Source of the DNA: Phyllosticta citribraziliensis
Taxonomy: Eukaryota
Reading direction: 5' to 3'
DNA: 45,330 nt
Assembly (NCBI RefSeq): GCF_038025025.1
Contig: NW_027117340.1
Location: 2,480,001 to 2,525,330, forward strand
The notes below the pieces were generated by a model that saw only the letters and a program-made list of their open reading frames with translations, did not search any database and was not told where the DNA came from. The translations under genes and the position numbers were made by a program. This document shows, in pieces, positions 11,078-23,800 of this stretch. Position 1 is the stretch's first letter; each line of letters starts with the position of its first letter.

Positions 11078-14000
11078 TTAGTCTACTTTCTATATCTTTA
11101 TAATATTTACTACAGGCCTAAGTGACTTATTTTATTATTACTTTCTATTTTAATCTATAGTTCTTCTTAGAGGAAGGCAGTCTTCTATTTTTCTAGATTT
11201 TTTAGTAGTCCTGCTATAGTAGGGTATAATAAGTGGAATTCTTTAATTTTCTATAGTGCGCTGCTAAAAGAACTTGTGTTATACTACTAGTTATCTTAGT
11301 TATATCTAGTCTATTTAACTTAGTATTAAAGCTTTCTATATAAGACTTAACTAGCTTAAATATAGTCTACTTCCTACTTAGGCTCGTCTTAAATAATCTT
11401 AGGTTCTAGTTTAGTATATTCTTAACTAGGAAGCTGTTCTATTTCGGCCTTATATAGCCTATTAGTATAGAAAAGGTTAACTATCTTTATATATAAGGGA
11501 AGATTAAGGATATAGGAGGGTCCTTCTATTCCTATAATCTTAAAAGGTCTAGTATTAGGAAAGTCTAATTTAAGGTTTAGCTGATTAGTAGACCATTCTA
11601 TTTTCTTAATATAGATATAATCTCTAACTGTAAAGTCTAGCACGCGACAGTATTTATTAGCTTATTAGTATATATACTCTTAGGATTTAAGAATAAGATT
11701 CTTTATAAATTTAAAAGCTTCTTATCTTCTCTTTTATAGCGTTTATACTACTATATGAGCTATTTTCTCTAGTTACTAAGGGGTTTCGGTTCTTTATTAC
11801 TAGTTATAGTATAATTAAGGGGAATATCCTAACTCAATCTTAAAAGGTAAAAGTCTAGTAGCTTTATAGGGAAGTGTTGCTTGTATAAGGTCTATTAATA
11901 GTAGAAGATCAGACTAATCATTCTAAAAGTAATTAATAAAAGGTCTTAATCTTTATACAAGATGCTGATTAATAATCTCTATAATACTATTAGTTTAAGA
12001 GTAGTAGGATGAGTTAAAATGCTGCTCTATACCAGTTAGCTTATACAGTTTATTTATAAATACTAAGATGAACTAAGGGCCTTAGTCAGATAGGATAGAC
12101 TTAGGGTTTCTATAAATATAGTAGATATATTTATAAAAGAGTCTAGAGACTCCTTTAGTATTAATCTTTTTTATATAAGGTAAACTAAAGGTTCTTTAAC
12201 TTAACTAGTCTATAATAACTAGGATTATATTATAGCCCTTTTAGTCTTTAGGCATCTCTTTAAAATCTATAGCTAAATATTACTAGGGTTAAGTAGGAAT
12301 CTCTAGGGGTTATAGAAGGCCTAGGTCTTTATTATAAAACTCTTTTATTTAGTAGTAAATATAGCATCCTTGCCCATAAATATTAATTGTGCGATTTATA
12401 GCTAGCTAATAGTAATATTACTTAAGGAGTTTTCGCATCTTTATAATACTAGAATAGGTGGTTATATAGGTGGTATATAAAGTATTAAGCATTCTTATAT
12501 AGAGGTTGTTATAATCTAGTATAAAGAGTATGCTATATTATAGTAAAAGACCATCCTTTAGTTCCTAACTATTTCTTTATTTAAGGTCCTTTAAGAGGGC
12601 TTTCTATCTCTAGAGTTCTAATTTAGAATCTTCCTAGTTTACGCAGAGGAGTTTATCTAAAAATAATACTAGAGGAGGAAGTTCTTATTCTAAAATAGAA
12701 AGAGGGATAATAGTCTCTAGTAGGATAAGGCATATCTCTTATATAGCTCTTACTTTTTCTTTTTAAGTCTTCAGGTCTTCTTATTTTTAAGTAAGGTAAT
12801 TAGTAATAATATTTTCCTTTCCTAGTTAATAGGAGAATTATATGTAGAACTCTATAAAAAACTCAGACCATCTAGCTTATTATTAATTAAGTTGTCGTTT
12901 AGTAGAGTAGTACTCTAACACCTAATAGTCCGTAATTATAAGAAAAGGTTTTTTAAGGCTAATAAGTATTAGTCTCTATTCTTCTAGTCTATTCTTAATA
13001 GCCAGCAGTTCTTTATCTAAAATTCTATAATAAAGTTCTACATCTACTATTACCTTAGAGTAGAATGCTACTAGTTTCCAATTATATAAAGGTTGCTAGA
13101 GCTGCGTTAAAACGCCAGCAGTAACTCTATTACTTATATTAGTCTCTATATAAGTGTTAAGAGTAGGGTCATAATTAGCTAGGAGTGCATTACTATATAT
13201 TAGCTTCTTAAGTTATTAAATTGCCTCTTCTTCTAGGGGTCCTAGTTATCGCCATTTTACCTTAGAGTATAGTTTCTCTAATAGCCAGCTAATTTATCTA
13301 TAGTTAGGGAGAAATCATTAGTAGAAATTATAGAAACCTAGGAAGGATTAAAGAGCTTTAAGGGTTTTTAGTATTAGCTAGTTTTATATAGGTTCCACCT
13401 TATCTAGGTCTATTTAAATGCCTTCTATAGAAATAATATATCTAAGAAACTTTATATAAGTAACTAAAAACTTACTCTTCTTTAAATCCACCTATAGTCC
13501 TACTTTTTATAGTCTTACTAGTACTTTTTTCACTTATTCCTCATACTCTATAGGGTTTTTAGAGATAATGAGTATATTATCTATAAAAGCCATAATAAAA
13601 TCATCTAAATACTTAAAGAGAACCTGGTTAATAAAACATTAAAAGGCTGCAGGTCCATTACTTAATTTAAATAGTAAGATATAGTATTTAAATAACCTAT
13701 ATCTTATATAGAAGGTGGTTTTGTCTTTAGAATCCTTAGTAAGATAAATACAGTAGAAAGCTTATTAAATATTAAGCTTAGTATAAATCTTGCCCTTTCT
13801 AATATGCTAAAGTAACTCTATAATAAGAGGAAGGGGGTGTAAATCCTTAGCAGTTTATTTATTAAGCTATTAGTAGTCTATATAGAATCTCCATCCCCTA
13901 CTAGGCTTTTTTACTACTAGAATAGGAGAAGTATAGGTGGTAAAGCTTTTAGTAATAAAGCCTTTCTAAATATTCTTAATAATATACTCTTTTATAGCCT

Positions 14001-16444
14001 TAAGCTGCTCTAGAGACATTCTATAGAGAGGACTTAGTAGAAGCTCTAGTAGACTATTATATATAAGAGTTATTTTATAATTAACTCTTATATAATATGG
14101 TAATAGCTTATTAGACTCTATTTTAGAAAACACATCTTGAAATTCCTTATAAGTAGCTAGTAGCTTAGAAGCTAATAATTCCTCAGTTTCTTTATCTTTA
14201 AGAGCCGCTTAAACTTATATAAGGTTAATAGTATAGATCTCTATTAGTATAACTTGTATTTTATAGATAGAAAGCTTAAAAGCATCTTAAGTTTAAAATT
14301 CAATTCCCTTAATAACCTGTACTAAGGGAAGAAGGTGTTTATTAAAGTTTTTATCTCTATAGTCTATATCTACTTAATGTTCTTTCTGCAGTTTATTACT
14401 TTATATAGAGACTTTTAGTAGGCGTAAAAGATGCTAAAAGGATTAGTTAACTAGTAGCTATCTCTAGACTAGTTTATATTATTTATAGTCTAGAAGAATA
14501 TTATGCTGGTTGAAAAACTATTACCTAAGAATTATATTATTATAGCCAATATTATAAATAAAAGTATAAGTAGAAACCATTTAATCTTAGAAATAGAGTT
14601 AAAGATAAAAGTAAAAATTGACTTTCTTATTTATATATTAGTTAAACCTAGTAATATTAAGCCCTTTACCTATTATTCTCTTTTTTATAGCACCTATAGA
14701 CTGGAGAGTTAGTAGTAGCTTAGGGTGAATAAAACTTATACTACTAGTACTAGTATTAGCTAGGGCATAAATTTCTAAGGCATGGCTATTAGATATAATT
14801 AAGGTTTATACAGTAAAGGGTACACCTCTAATAAAGTGACTAAGATTTATATAAGAACCTTTAATATATATTACTCTAAGTTTAGACCTAAGGTAGGAGA
14901 CTTTACCTAGGCCTTATTATTTTCTAATAAAGACTAATCTCCTTTATTTATATAGACTTCTTCTATACTTTCTTCTTCTACTAACTCTATTACCTTTATC
15001 TCTAGTTATAGGTATTGCCTCTATAAATAGCTAAACTGGCTATAGTGATTATATAGTCTAATCTCTATATAGACTTCTACTTTACCTTTATAGGTTGTAT
15101 TATATAAGGGAGCCCTGGATATAGATCGCGCCTAGGTATAACTAGAAGATAAAGTACTTATACTACCTAAAGTAGTTATCTTTACTTATTCTTATTATCT
15201 CTTCTTTACTTAATCCTTATGTGACGTGAGCGTTAGTTTTCTATAGTTAGAATAGTAGTTACTAAGACTTTAAGTAATAGGGTAGGCTTATTAGAGGTAC
15301 TTATAAAAGTTAATATCCTTATCTTACTCTATAGTAACTATATAGGTTTAAAGGAGAGGATCTATTATATTATAAAAGTCCTCTTTCTACTATTCCTAGG
15401 GAAGATCTATATCTAAGGCTAATTATATAAAGTTTAATTAAAACTTCTAAAGGTCTATAGAAATATAGTATATAAGAGAGTATAACTACTTCTTTATATC
15501 CTTATATTTATATAGACTCTAGAGGAGGTTATCTAGGAATTTAAAGATATCCTTATCTAGAGTGACTTTATTAGCCTTTATATAAGAAGTAAGAAAAGGA
15601 GTTAGGTAATATAAGACTTCTCTACTAATATAGGAAATAATATAACCTATAATATTCTATTTAGTCTCCTCTACTATATCTTTAGTAAAGTAATTATAGT
15701 TTTATTTAATTTTATTTTATATAAGGAGGGTCTAGTATTTATATAAGGGGTCTTCTCTATTAGTAAGAAGAGGAGGATTAGGAACCTTACTACTTTAGTA
15801 TTTCTTACTACTTAAAGATAAAGTAGAGGTTTTAGTAGTAGTTTCCCTTATATAGTTAGGAGGAGGTCTAAGAGTCCTTATAACTCTACTAGTAGAAGGA
15901 TCTTAAGAGAGGGTAATAGGTCTTAGGTACTAAGCTAATAAAGAGGGCCTAATATATCCTTCCCTTAGAACTTCCCTAAGTCTATTAGTATAGTTTAAGA
16001 GTATTTACTTAAGAGCCTAGTTTTGCCTTTATGCGTGGTTTAGTTGCTGCTGTACTTGAGACTTATTTAAGGATATAATCTTAGATTTAAATTAATTAAT
16101 ATCTAAGCGCGGTACCTTTATAAATGCCTCTATAACTAGAGCTTAAACTGTATAAGTTGACCCTAGGTCTTAGGTATGTTCTTTTACCTCTACTACTAGG
16201 ACTAAGTAGAAATTATATAGGAGAATAGGGGTAGGTCCTCTCTTATTATTATTTAATAAGTATCTAGTATTGTGTAAATCTTTAGTGCCTTTATGTGAAT
16301 CTTGTTAAGTTGATTGACTAGTACTGATACCTTTAATAGTGCTAGATATATTAGCTTTATTCTTAGCTATACTGTCTTTATAGTCTTCTACTTAGAATGT
16401 CCCTTAAGTAGGTTATAGATGGGATACCTCCTAGATATTTATAT
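11078..16444 (-). pseudogene. pol: A2 gag-pol relic
   Basis: Reverse complement of A1 gag-pol; track ORF 11422-11643 (DFTVRDYIYIKK...RPFKIIG) is a surviving piece of the integrase GPY/F region. Confidence 0.9.
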
Positions 16445-16678
16445 ACTGCCCTGTAGCCTTAACTAAAGACTTCTATAGTTAATATATACTTAATACTCCT
16501 TAGTCCTTAGATAACACTGATGCGCCTAATAAAGATGACTTAGGTTTACTAGGGAAAAGTAATAAGTAGTCTTGTATAAGACTATAGCTGTGTATAATAT
16601 TACTTAGGTTAAATATTATAATACCTTTATAGGTAAAGAAGTAGGATAGAGCTAAAACTTAGAATAATCTTTTATATC

Positions 16679-17146
16679 TATTATAACTTATAGATTTCTT
16701 ATTATATAGGTAAGGGCTAAAGGTAAACTACTAGAGAATATATATATATCTTAATTAAATCTAATAAGTTAAAAGAATAAAATATAAAAGATACTTACTA
16801 CCTATATATTTCCTAGTCCTTCCTTTATACTATTCTACCTCTTGTCCTTTATATAAGGGTCCTTAGTTATTATTAGGTAAGTTATAAAGGTGAGGTATTA
16901 ATGGGCTATTATATAGTATCTGCCTAGGGCTATAGTGGCTGGTGCCAGGCTATAGTGGCTAGTACTAGCCTATAGGTTTTAGCCTGAGCTATAGTAGGCT
17001 GCTACCTAAGGTGAGGCTTATACTTCCTATAACTGTGCGATGCTAGGTTTATCTATACTAGCCCTAGTACTTGCCTACTATATAATGCTAGGTTTGTCTG
17101 TACTGGCCCTGGTGCTTATATAGGCGCGTGTATGCCTATCGTGACA
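16679..17146 (-). repeat. A2 5' LTR (468 bp)
   Basis: Reverse complement of the A LTR plus a 45-bp tandem duplication (units in register at 17041 and 17086). Confidence 0.95.
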
Positions 17147-17571
17147 GTATAACTATTATTTTAACTAGAATCTCTCCTAATAACTGTTATATACTGTTAG
17201 GTATATAGGGGCTGGTCTAGGACCTATATCTAGCTAGTCTAGGGATTGGTTAGAAGCTACTAGATAATAGTATTAGCTATAGTTATAGACTAATATATTA
17301 GGAGGCTAGTTAGTAGATTCTATTTTCTCTTCTCCTATAGTTTTAGAGGTAGGGGAACCTAGCTCTTCTAGAGTAGATTTCTCCTTCTTACTAGACTCCT
17401 TTCTAGCTTCTTTACCTTATATAAGGTACTATCTATAGGTAGTTTATCTCTTACTAGTGCCCCTTATATTATTAGCCTTAGATAGTTATAACTAGGATCT
17501 TAAACCTAACTCTCTTTTTAATCCTACTCCTGTATTTGCTGGGGTGGGTAATATAAGTTATTTTAGGTAGG

Positions 17572-17740
17572 TATAATAATCTAACTAGATATTTATAGTA
17601 CTAATTTAGGTGTAAGAGTTGTCCTATTACTTAGGCTATCTATATAGCTAAAGTACCTATCCCCTATAACTACTAAGCTTACTAAGCTTACCCTTAGTAT
17701 CTAATAGCTATACTAGATCCCTATAGGATCTACTACTATA
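17572..17740 (-). repeat. Element B 3' LTR (169 bp)
   Basis: Matches 28428-28596 except for transitions. Confidence 0.93.
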
Positions 17741-17874
17741 GGTAGTAGCTAAAGTGGTTTATAGGTACCCTTACCTATATTTACTATCTAGTCCTAATCT
17801 ATACTCCTAAATCTATAGAACTAATCTATATAGTAATTATAACTATTACTAAAGGAAAAGAAAGGGAAAGCTTT

Positions 17875-20500
17875 ACTTATTATTATTATCTATTACTATC
17901 TACTCTAGAGTCTTAATCTATCTATCTCTAGTATCTAAGAGGTAGGAGCCTATAGCCTTAGTATTCTACTTTACCCTAACTATAGCTATTACCTTATTAT
18001 CCTAGGATTACTTACTACTTAAGTACTTAGATCCTAATTAGTTATTAATATTAATTACTCTATTACCCTTAGTTTATCTATATATCTTACGCGCTATATT
18101 ATAGATAGCCTTATATATAGTACTATCCTTTTTATAGGTAGTACTATTAGTATTAGACTTATCTTCTTTATTAAGTAGGTTAGTTAGGGCTAATATCTTA
18201 TCCTTAAGGTTAATAACCTCCTTATTATCTATTATACTAGGGTAATTAGTAATCCTATATTACTTAGGACTTAGCTTATTAGGGTCTAGCTTAGTCCTTA
18301 TAGTCTACTTCTTCTTAGGCTTAATTATAGTTATAGGGTTCTTAGGATCCTTATTCTTAGGACCCTTATTATTAATAGCTTTTAAGCTATACTAGGGTTT
18401 ACTATCTATACTAGATCTAGGTATACTAGTAAATATACCCTAGTATTATAGTATTAGTATTATAATACTAGATTTACTAGGTATTAGGGTAGATAGGGAG
18501 CTAGGATAAAAGTATAGATTAGGGTTAATAATCTTACTAGGATTAATTATATTAAAGATATTATTACTAGGGCTAGTAGTAGGATATAAGGGAGTATACT
18601 TCTATAATCTAAGTATAAGTAGAGTTCTATAGTACTAGTAGTCTAGCTAGTTCTATATCTCTACTATATAGTATTTCTTCTCTTATTCTATAGTATCCTT
18701 CCTTACCTACTCTTTAGCTAGACCTTCTTTAATCTAGGCCCTAAATAGGTTTACTAGGTAGTACTAGGGGCCTATAGGTATATAGTTATAGTTATAGAGT
18801 ATTAGATTATACTAGATATCTATAATATTCTACTTAATATAGAAATCCCTAGGTAGGGTAGTATATAATATAGACCTAGCCACCTTCTATAGTAATCTAA
18901 TCTTAGTTAATAACTAGGTAGTAAAACTATAATATAGGAGAGTATAGTTATTAAGTAGTACTAGGATTATATAAGATAGTAGGCCTAGTATCTAGTAAGT
19001 CTATAATTTAGTTAGGTTTAGTAGTAGGTTACCTATACTATCTAGAGTCTAGAAATACTTATTAAAGGGATAGGTATACTTTAGACCTATATACTAGAAT
19101 ACTATATAGACCTCTTCTATCTAGAGATAATTATAGGGCAGGATACTATAGTATATTATAGTATATAGTACTATTAGATCCTTAAATTAAAATAGGTCTT
19201 CCTTTATCTATCTATAGTATATACTACTAGCTATAATAATATTACTTCCTTTAAAGTATCCTTCTTATAGGGATTATCTATCTTCTACTCTAGATAATAG
19301 AGTAATAACTAGCTTAACCTTATTAATATAGCTAGTAGTAATAGGTAGTATCTTAGTAACTTCCTATTTATAACCCTTCTTAATAATAAAAGGTAGAGGT
19401 AGCCCTATAATATTATAGTTATAGGTAGCCTAGTATATAGCTTAGAAAGCCTTATTAGATATATTAGTCTAGAAATTAGTATTATTAAAGATATAGAAAC
19501 CCTAGAGGAGTATTATAATATTAGATTTATAGGGTTTAACTATATTATTATCCTTAACTTTATACTAGAGAATATAGATAGTATCCTAACTAGTCTTTAT
19601 AACCTAATAGCTATTATTAAAGGTGAGCAGGGCTATATACTAATATAGGATATTAAAATAGTACTAGTACTATAAGTAGGCGCATACTTTAAAGTAGAGG
19701 CCTAGGACCTAGACTAGCTTAATTAAGGTAAAGTACTCCTTATTAGGGGTAAGGTAGTCTAGAACCTTCTTATCCTAAGTAATAATAGGTACTACCCTAC
19801 TACTAGAAGATATATTCCTCTATTTATTAGCTTAGTAGCCCTAAGTATATTCCTTATTTAGATCCTTACTAGGATCCTTAGCTATAATAGTAGTATATAT
19901 CTTATCTCCTCCTAGCATCTTATACTTATAGATCCTAGTATAATAGAAGGCATTACTAATCTTCACCATAAAAGCTCTACTATAGAACCTATAGTAGGGA
20001 TTTAGTAAGCCCTCTATATAGGTATAAATATAGTACTTACTAATATTTATAAGCTAGAGGTTACTAGCTATTAATTATCCTACTAGTAAGTAGAGCTATC
20101 CTTCTATATATAATAATAAGTTATATCTATAGGGTAGAAGACTATAGGTATATATAACTATAGTCTAGATACTATTAAAGAGTACTATAGAATCTATAGT
20201 AGCTAGATTAGTAGTTCTTACTAGTTTACTATCCTCTCCTTTATTATAGGAGCTCTTTACTAGTAGATAGGTAAATATAGATATTAGAGCCTTATCCTTA
20301 GATAAGAAGGATATTATCTCTTTACCTAGAGGTATATTAGTATTAAGGTTAGGATCCTAGTTATATATATTAGTTACTAAATATTTACCTTTACTAGGTT
20401 TATATTTTATAATAGTAGTAATACTATAAGCCTTAGATTTATATTTTACTTAAGCTATAATCCTAGTAGACTACCTTAGTATAAGCTAGCCTAAGGGTAT
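17875..20500 (-). pseudogene. Element B extra ORF3 relic, same sense as pol, probably spliced; product unknown
   Basis: Long protein-like frames on the minus strand (C-terminal part de-RIPs to roughly KPKKKRTVRTKPDPDK...DEEVIDLEDE); candidate intron 19989-20040 GTAAGT..CTAA..TAG. Confidence 0.5.
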
Positions 20501-20879
20501 AATAGTTAGTAAGTATATTAAGCTAAGATATAATAGATATTAAAAGGGTGAGGGTATAGTGATAGATAATTATAGTTTAGACCTTAGGTACCTAGGTAAT
20601 ATAATTATACCTACTAGTATCCCTATATCCTAGCCTAAAAATAAAGGGAAAATAAATAAAGAAAGATAAAGAGAACTCTCTATAATATCCTAACTCTCTA
20701 TAATATCCTCTATATTATATCTTCTCCTTAATAAATAAAATACCTTAGTATAACCTCCTTATTATATTCTTATTACTATTACTAGAATCTATATCTTTAT
20801 CTACTATTACTAGCTCTAGGCTAGTATAAAGAAAATGTCCCTAGATATATATATAAGGAAAATAATATGGGATAATAAT

Positions 20880-23800
20880 AAAGGAAGAGCGCCTATTTAG
20901 GCGCAGTATAGGATTACTATATAAGGACTCCTAGTATAGTGGCCCCTGTGCTTATTATGCTAATAGGCTACTTTACCCTTATTAGTAATATTATTATAGG
21001 CTTGTAGGGGGTCCTTATTTACTATAGTTCCTATAGGTTCTTAGATACTAGTAGTCTCTTCTAATACTAGGATGCTAATAGTAGTGTTAGTAGGACCCTA
21101 AGGATACCTAGTAGGGGTGTATTACTTAGTTATATAGGTTTCTATATTAATCCTTATATTGTACTCCTTAACTAGGTCTTAGGTATTATAAAGGTTCTCT
21201 AGGTTTATCTACTAGTAGTATTTAGCTCCTTATCCTTACTAGTTAACTAAGTATTAGATCTTCTTTAAGTAGGGATTATGGTGCTGTAATAATAGTACTT
21301 AGATTTTATATTCTAGTACTATCTTACCCTTAGTTATAACCTCTAATAGTCCTAGAGGTAGAATATCCTGGCTATAAGGGTCTGCCCCTAGTATAGTATA
21401 AGGCTTAAGCTGTATAATGCTAATTACTAGATAGATTTTTATATTATTAGGGAGCTTAAGCTTATATACTAGCTTAGATCTAGTATAGGCCTTAATATAG
21501 AAAGGTCTAATAAACTAGTAGGTAAATTTCTTACTTATATTTCTATATATATAGTATTTATAGTATAGTTAAAGTCTTACCTAGGATCTAACTAGTAGGT
21601 GGATAAGCTTATACCTCTAGTTATATATATATTTATAGGAAGTATTTATAAAAGTAATACCTTTATAAGCTTAGTCCTAGAAATGAGCTCTTATAACCCC
21701 TAGTTTAGTATCTAGTAGCTCCTATTAGATTATTATTATTAGGTTAACTTATAGCTAGAATCTAAGGTATATCTTATCTGGAGTCTGGCCTGTTGCTATA
21801 TTAGGGGAAGAGTTTATTATAGCCTGAATTATAGGAAGGGTATTAGTCTACTATAGCTTAGTATTTACTATAATAAAGTAGTATAAGGTAATTTTAACTA
21901 TTTAATTTATCTACTTACTCTAGCTATCTATCTAGGGATGGTATACTATACTAGCTATAAAGTTAATCCTAAGATACTTAAAAATACTATTTATAAAGTT
22001 AGAGAGCTAATAGCTATCCCTATCTAAAATTATAACTGAAGGGAGTTCCTAGCTAAGTACTAGGATGGTTTTAATAAAAATACCTCCCTATTTACTAGCT
22101 ATTTAGGTCTCCTATCTAGGGACTAAGGCTATATACTTAATAAATTTATAGGTAACTATTAATAGTATATTAAATACCTCTATAGTAGGGGGTATCCTAG
22201 TAATGAAATCTACTATGATAGTATAGAAAGGTAATTTTAGGCTAATAATTAGGTATAGGGATCTATATAGCTTATACCTAGGAGTCCTATTCTATTTATA
22301 GTCTAGATAGTTATAGATATACTTAGATAATTATAAGTTTAAGTTATAGATAAAGTAAGCTAGATAGATATAGCTAAGTACCCTATTAATCCCCTAGTAG
22401 CTATACTTATTATAGGCTATTTTAAAGATATCCTTCTTATAACTTAGTAGGATATATAGGTACTCTTATCTATTAACCTAATCTTAAAAGTATACTAGGC
22501 TATTATAGATAAAGAACTATAGACTACTAGAAGGAGCCTCTACTAGGATATAGTTCTCTAGGGGTATATTATCCTAGTTAGCCTACTACTCCTATTTAAC
22601 TATTATAACTATCCTAGACTACTTTTAGTCTTTAGTATAGCTAGTATAGATCTTAGCCTTAAAGGTATTAGAAAGTTCTACTAAGGTAACTTAGAATATA
22701 AAGGTTTAATTATCTTTTAGAATTATATAGTTATTATTAGAGGATAGATATTCCTTAGTATCTAGGTAGCTAAGTATATCTAGAATAATATAGTTTTACC
22801 TAGCCCTATAGTATAGCTCTAAGTAGAACTAGCTTAGGAACTAGGATCCTTATATAAGCTTTATATTTAGGTATTCTATAGAATCTATACTTAGGAAGTA
22901 AGTCTAGGTAGTAATAGCTATAAGAGCTAAGTAGTCTATAAAAATAATTATATACTTTATAGATTCTATATAGAGATAAAGCTTATAAATAGCCTAGACT
23001 ACCCTAGCTATCTTAAGCTTAGTAGGCTAGTATCTAGATTCTATACCCTTTACTTATTTAGATAGGAAGATAATTAGCTATACTAATACCTTAGGAAAAT
23101 ATTTAGTATACTTAAGCTATTTAACTAATAGATCCTAGACTAATCCTAGTCCTACCTAGATACTATCTAGTTACTTAATAGCCTAAGTATATAGGGCTTA
23201 TCTATCCTATACTACTAGTACCTAAGGCTCTATTTTAGGCTTAGGATCCCTAATAATATGGTAGGCTATTACTCCTATACTATATTCCTTACTTATATTA
23301 ATATTAATATATAAAGGCCTCTCTAGATTATAATATACTAACTAGTCTATATTATATAAGGTTTCCTTAATTACTTTAAATATATCTAGCTAGTCTAGGT
23401 TAGGGTTATTCTACTTCTTAGCTACTACTTAATAGTATGTACTCTTAGTCTTAGGGATCCCTTTAAGTACCTTAGCTAGTAGTACCATTTTAGTTACTTC
23501 TAGTAGCTCTACTAGGTAGGTATAATATAGTATATACTACTATAACTATCTAGTAAGCCCTAAGAAAGTTTTAAGCTTTTAGAGGGTATTTAGGAAAGTA
23601 AGGTCCTTAATAGTATAGATCTTATCTTTATAGGTAATTACTCTATAGCTATAGATATACTAACCTAAGTATAAAACTAATAGGTATCTAAGTAGTATCT
23701 TCTTAGGTAATAAGGAGATCTATCTATTATCTAGTACCTTTAGTATAGAGTCTAGGTATATAAGGTATTTATTAAAAGTTTTAAAGTATATTAGTATATT

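Larger units (their letters stand above)
558..17146 (-). mobile_element. Ty3/Gypsy chromovirus family A, copy A2 (full length, RIP-inactivated; 3' LTR interrupted by A1)
   Basis: Termini TGTCACGA at 558 and TCGTGACA ending 17146; perfect 5-bp TSD GTATA (553-557 / 17147-17151); internal 9278-16678 is the reverse complement of A1 internal 1050-8450. Confidence 0.95.

Noticed and set aside
11422..11643. Track ORF as an independent gene
   Set aside because: It is a fragment of the A2 integrase C-terminal region.
14503..14712. Track ORF (+, 69 aa) and its twin at 36631-36840
   Set aside because: Antisense to the protease region of A2/A3; chance stop-free stretch with RIP-type I/L/K/Y composition.
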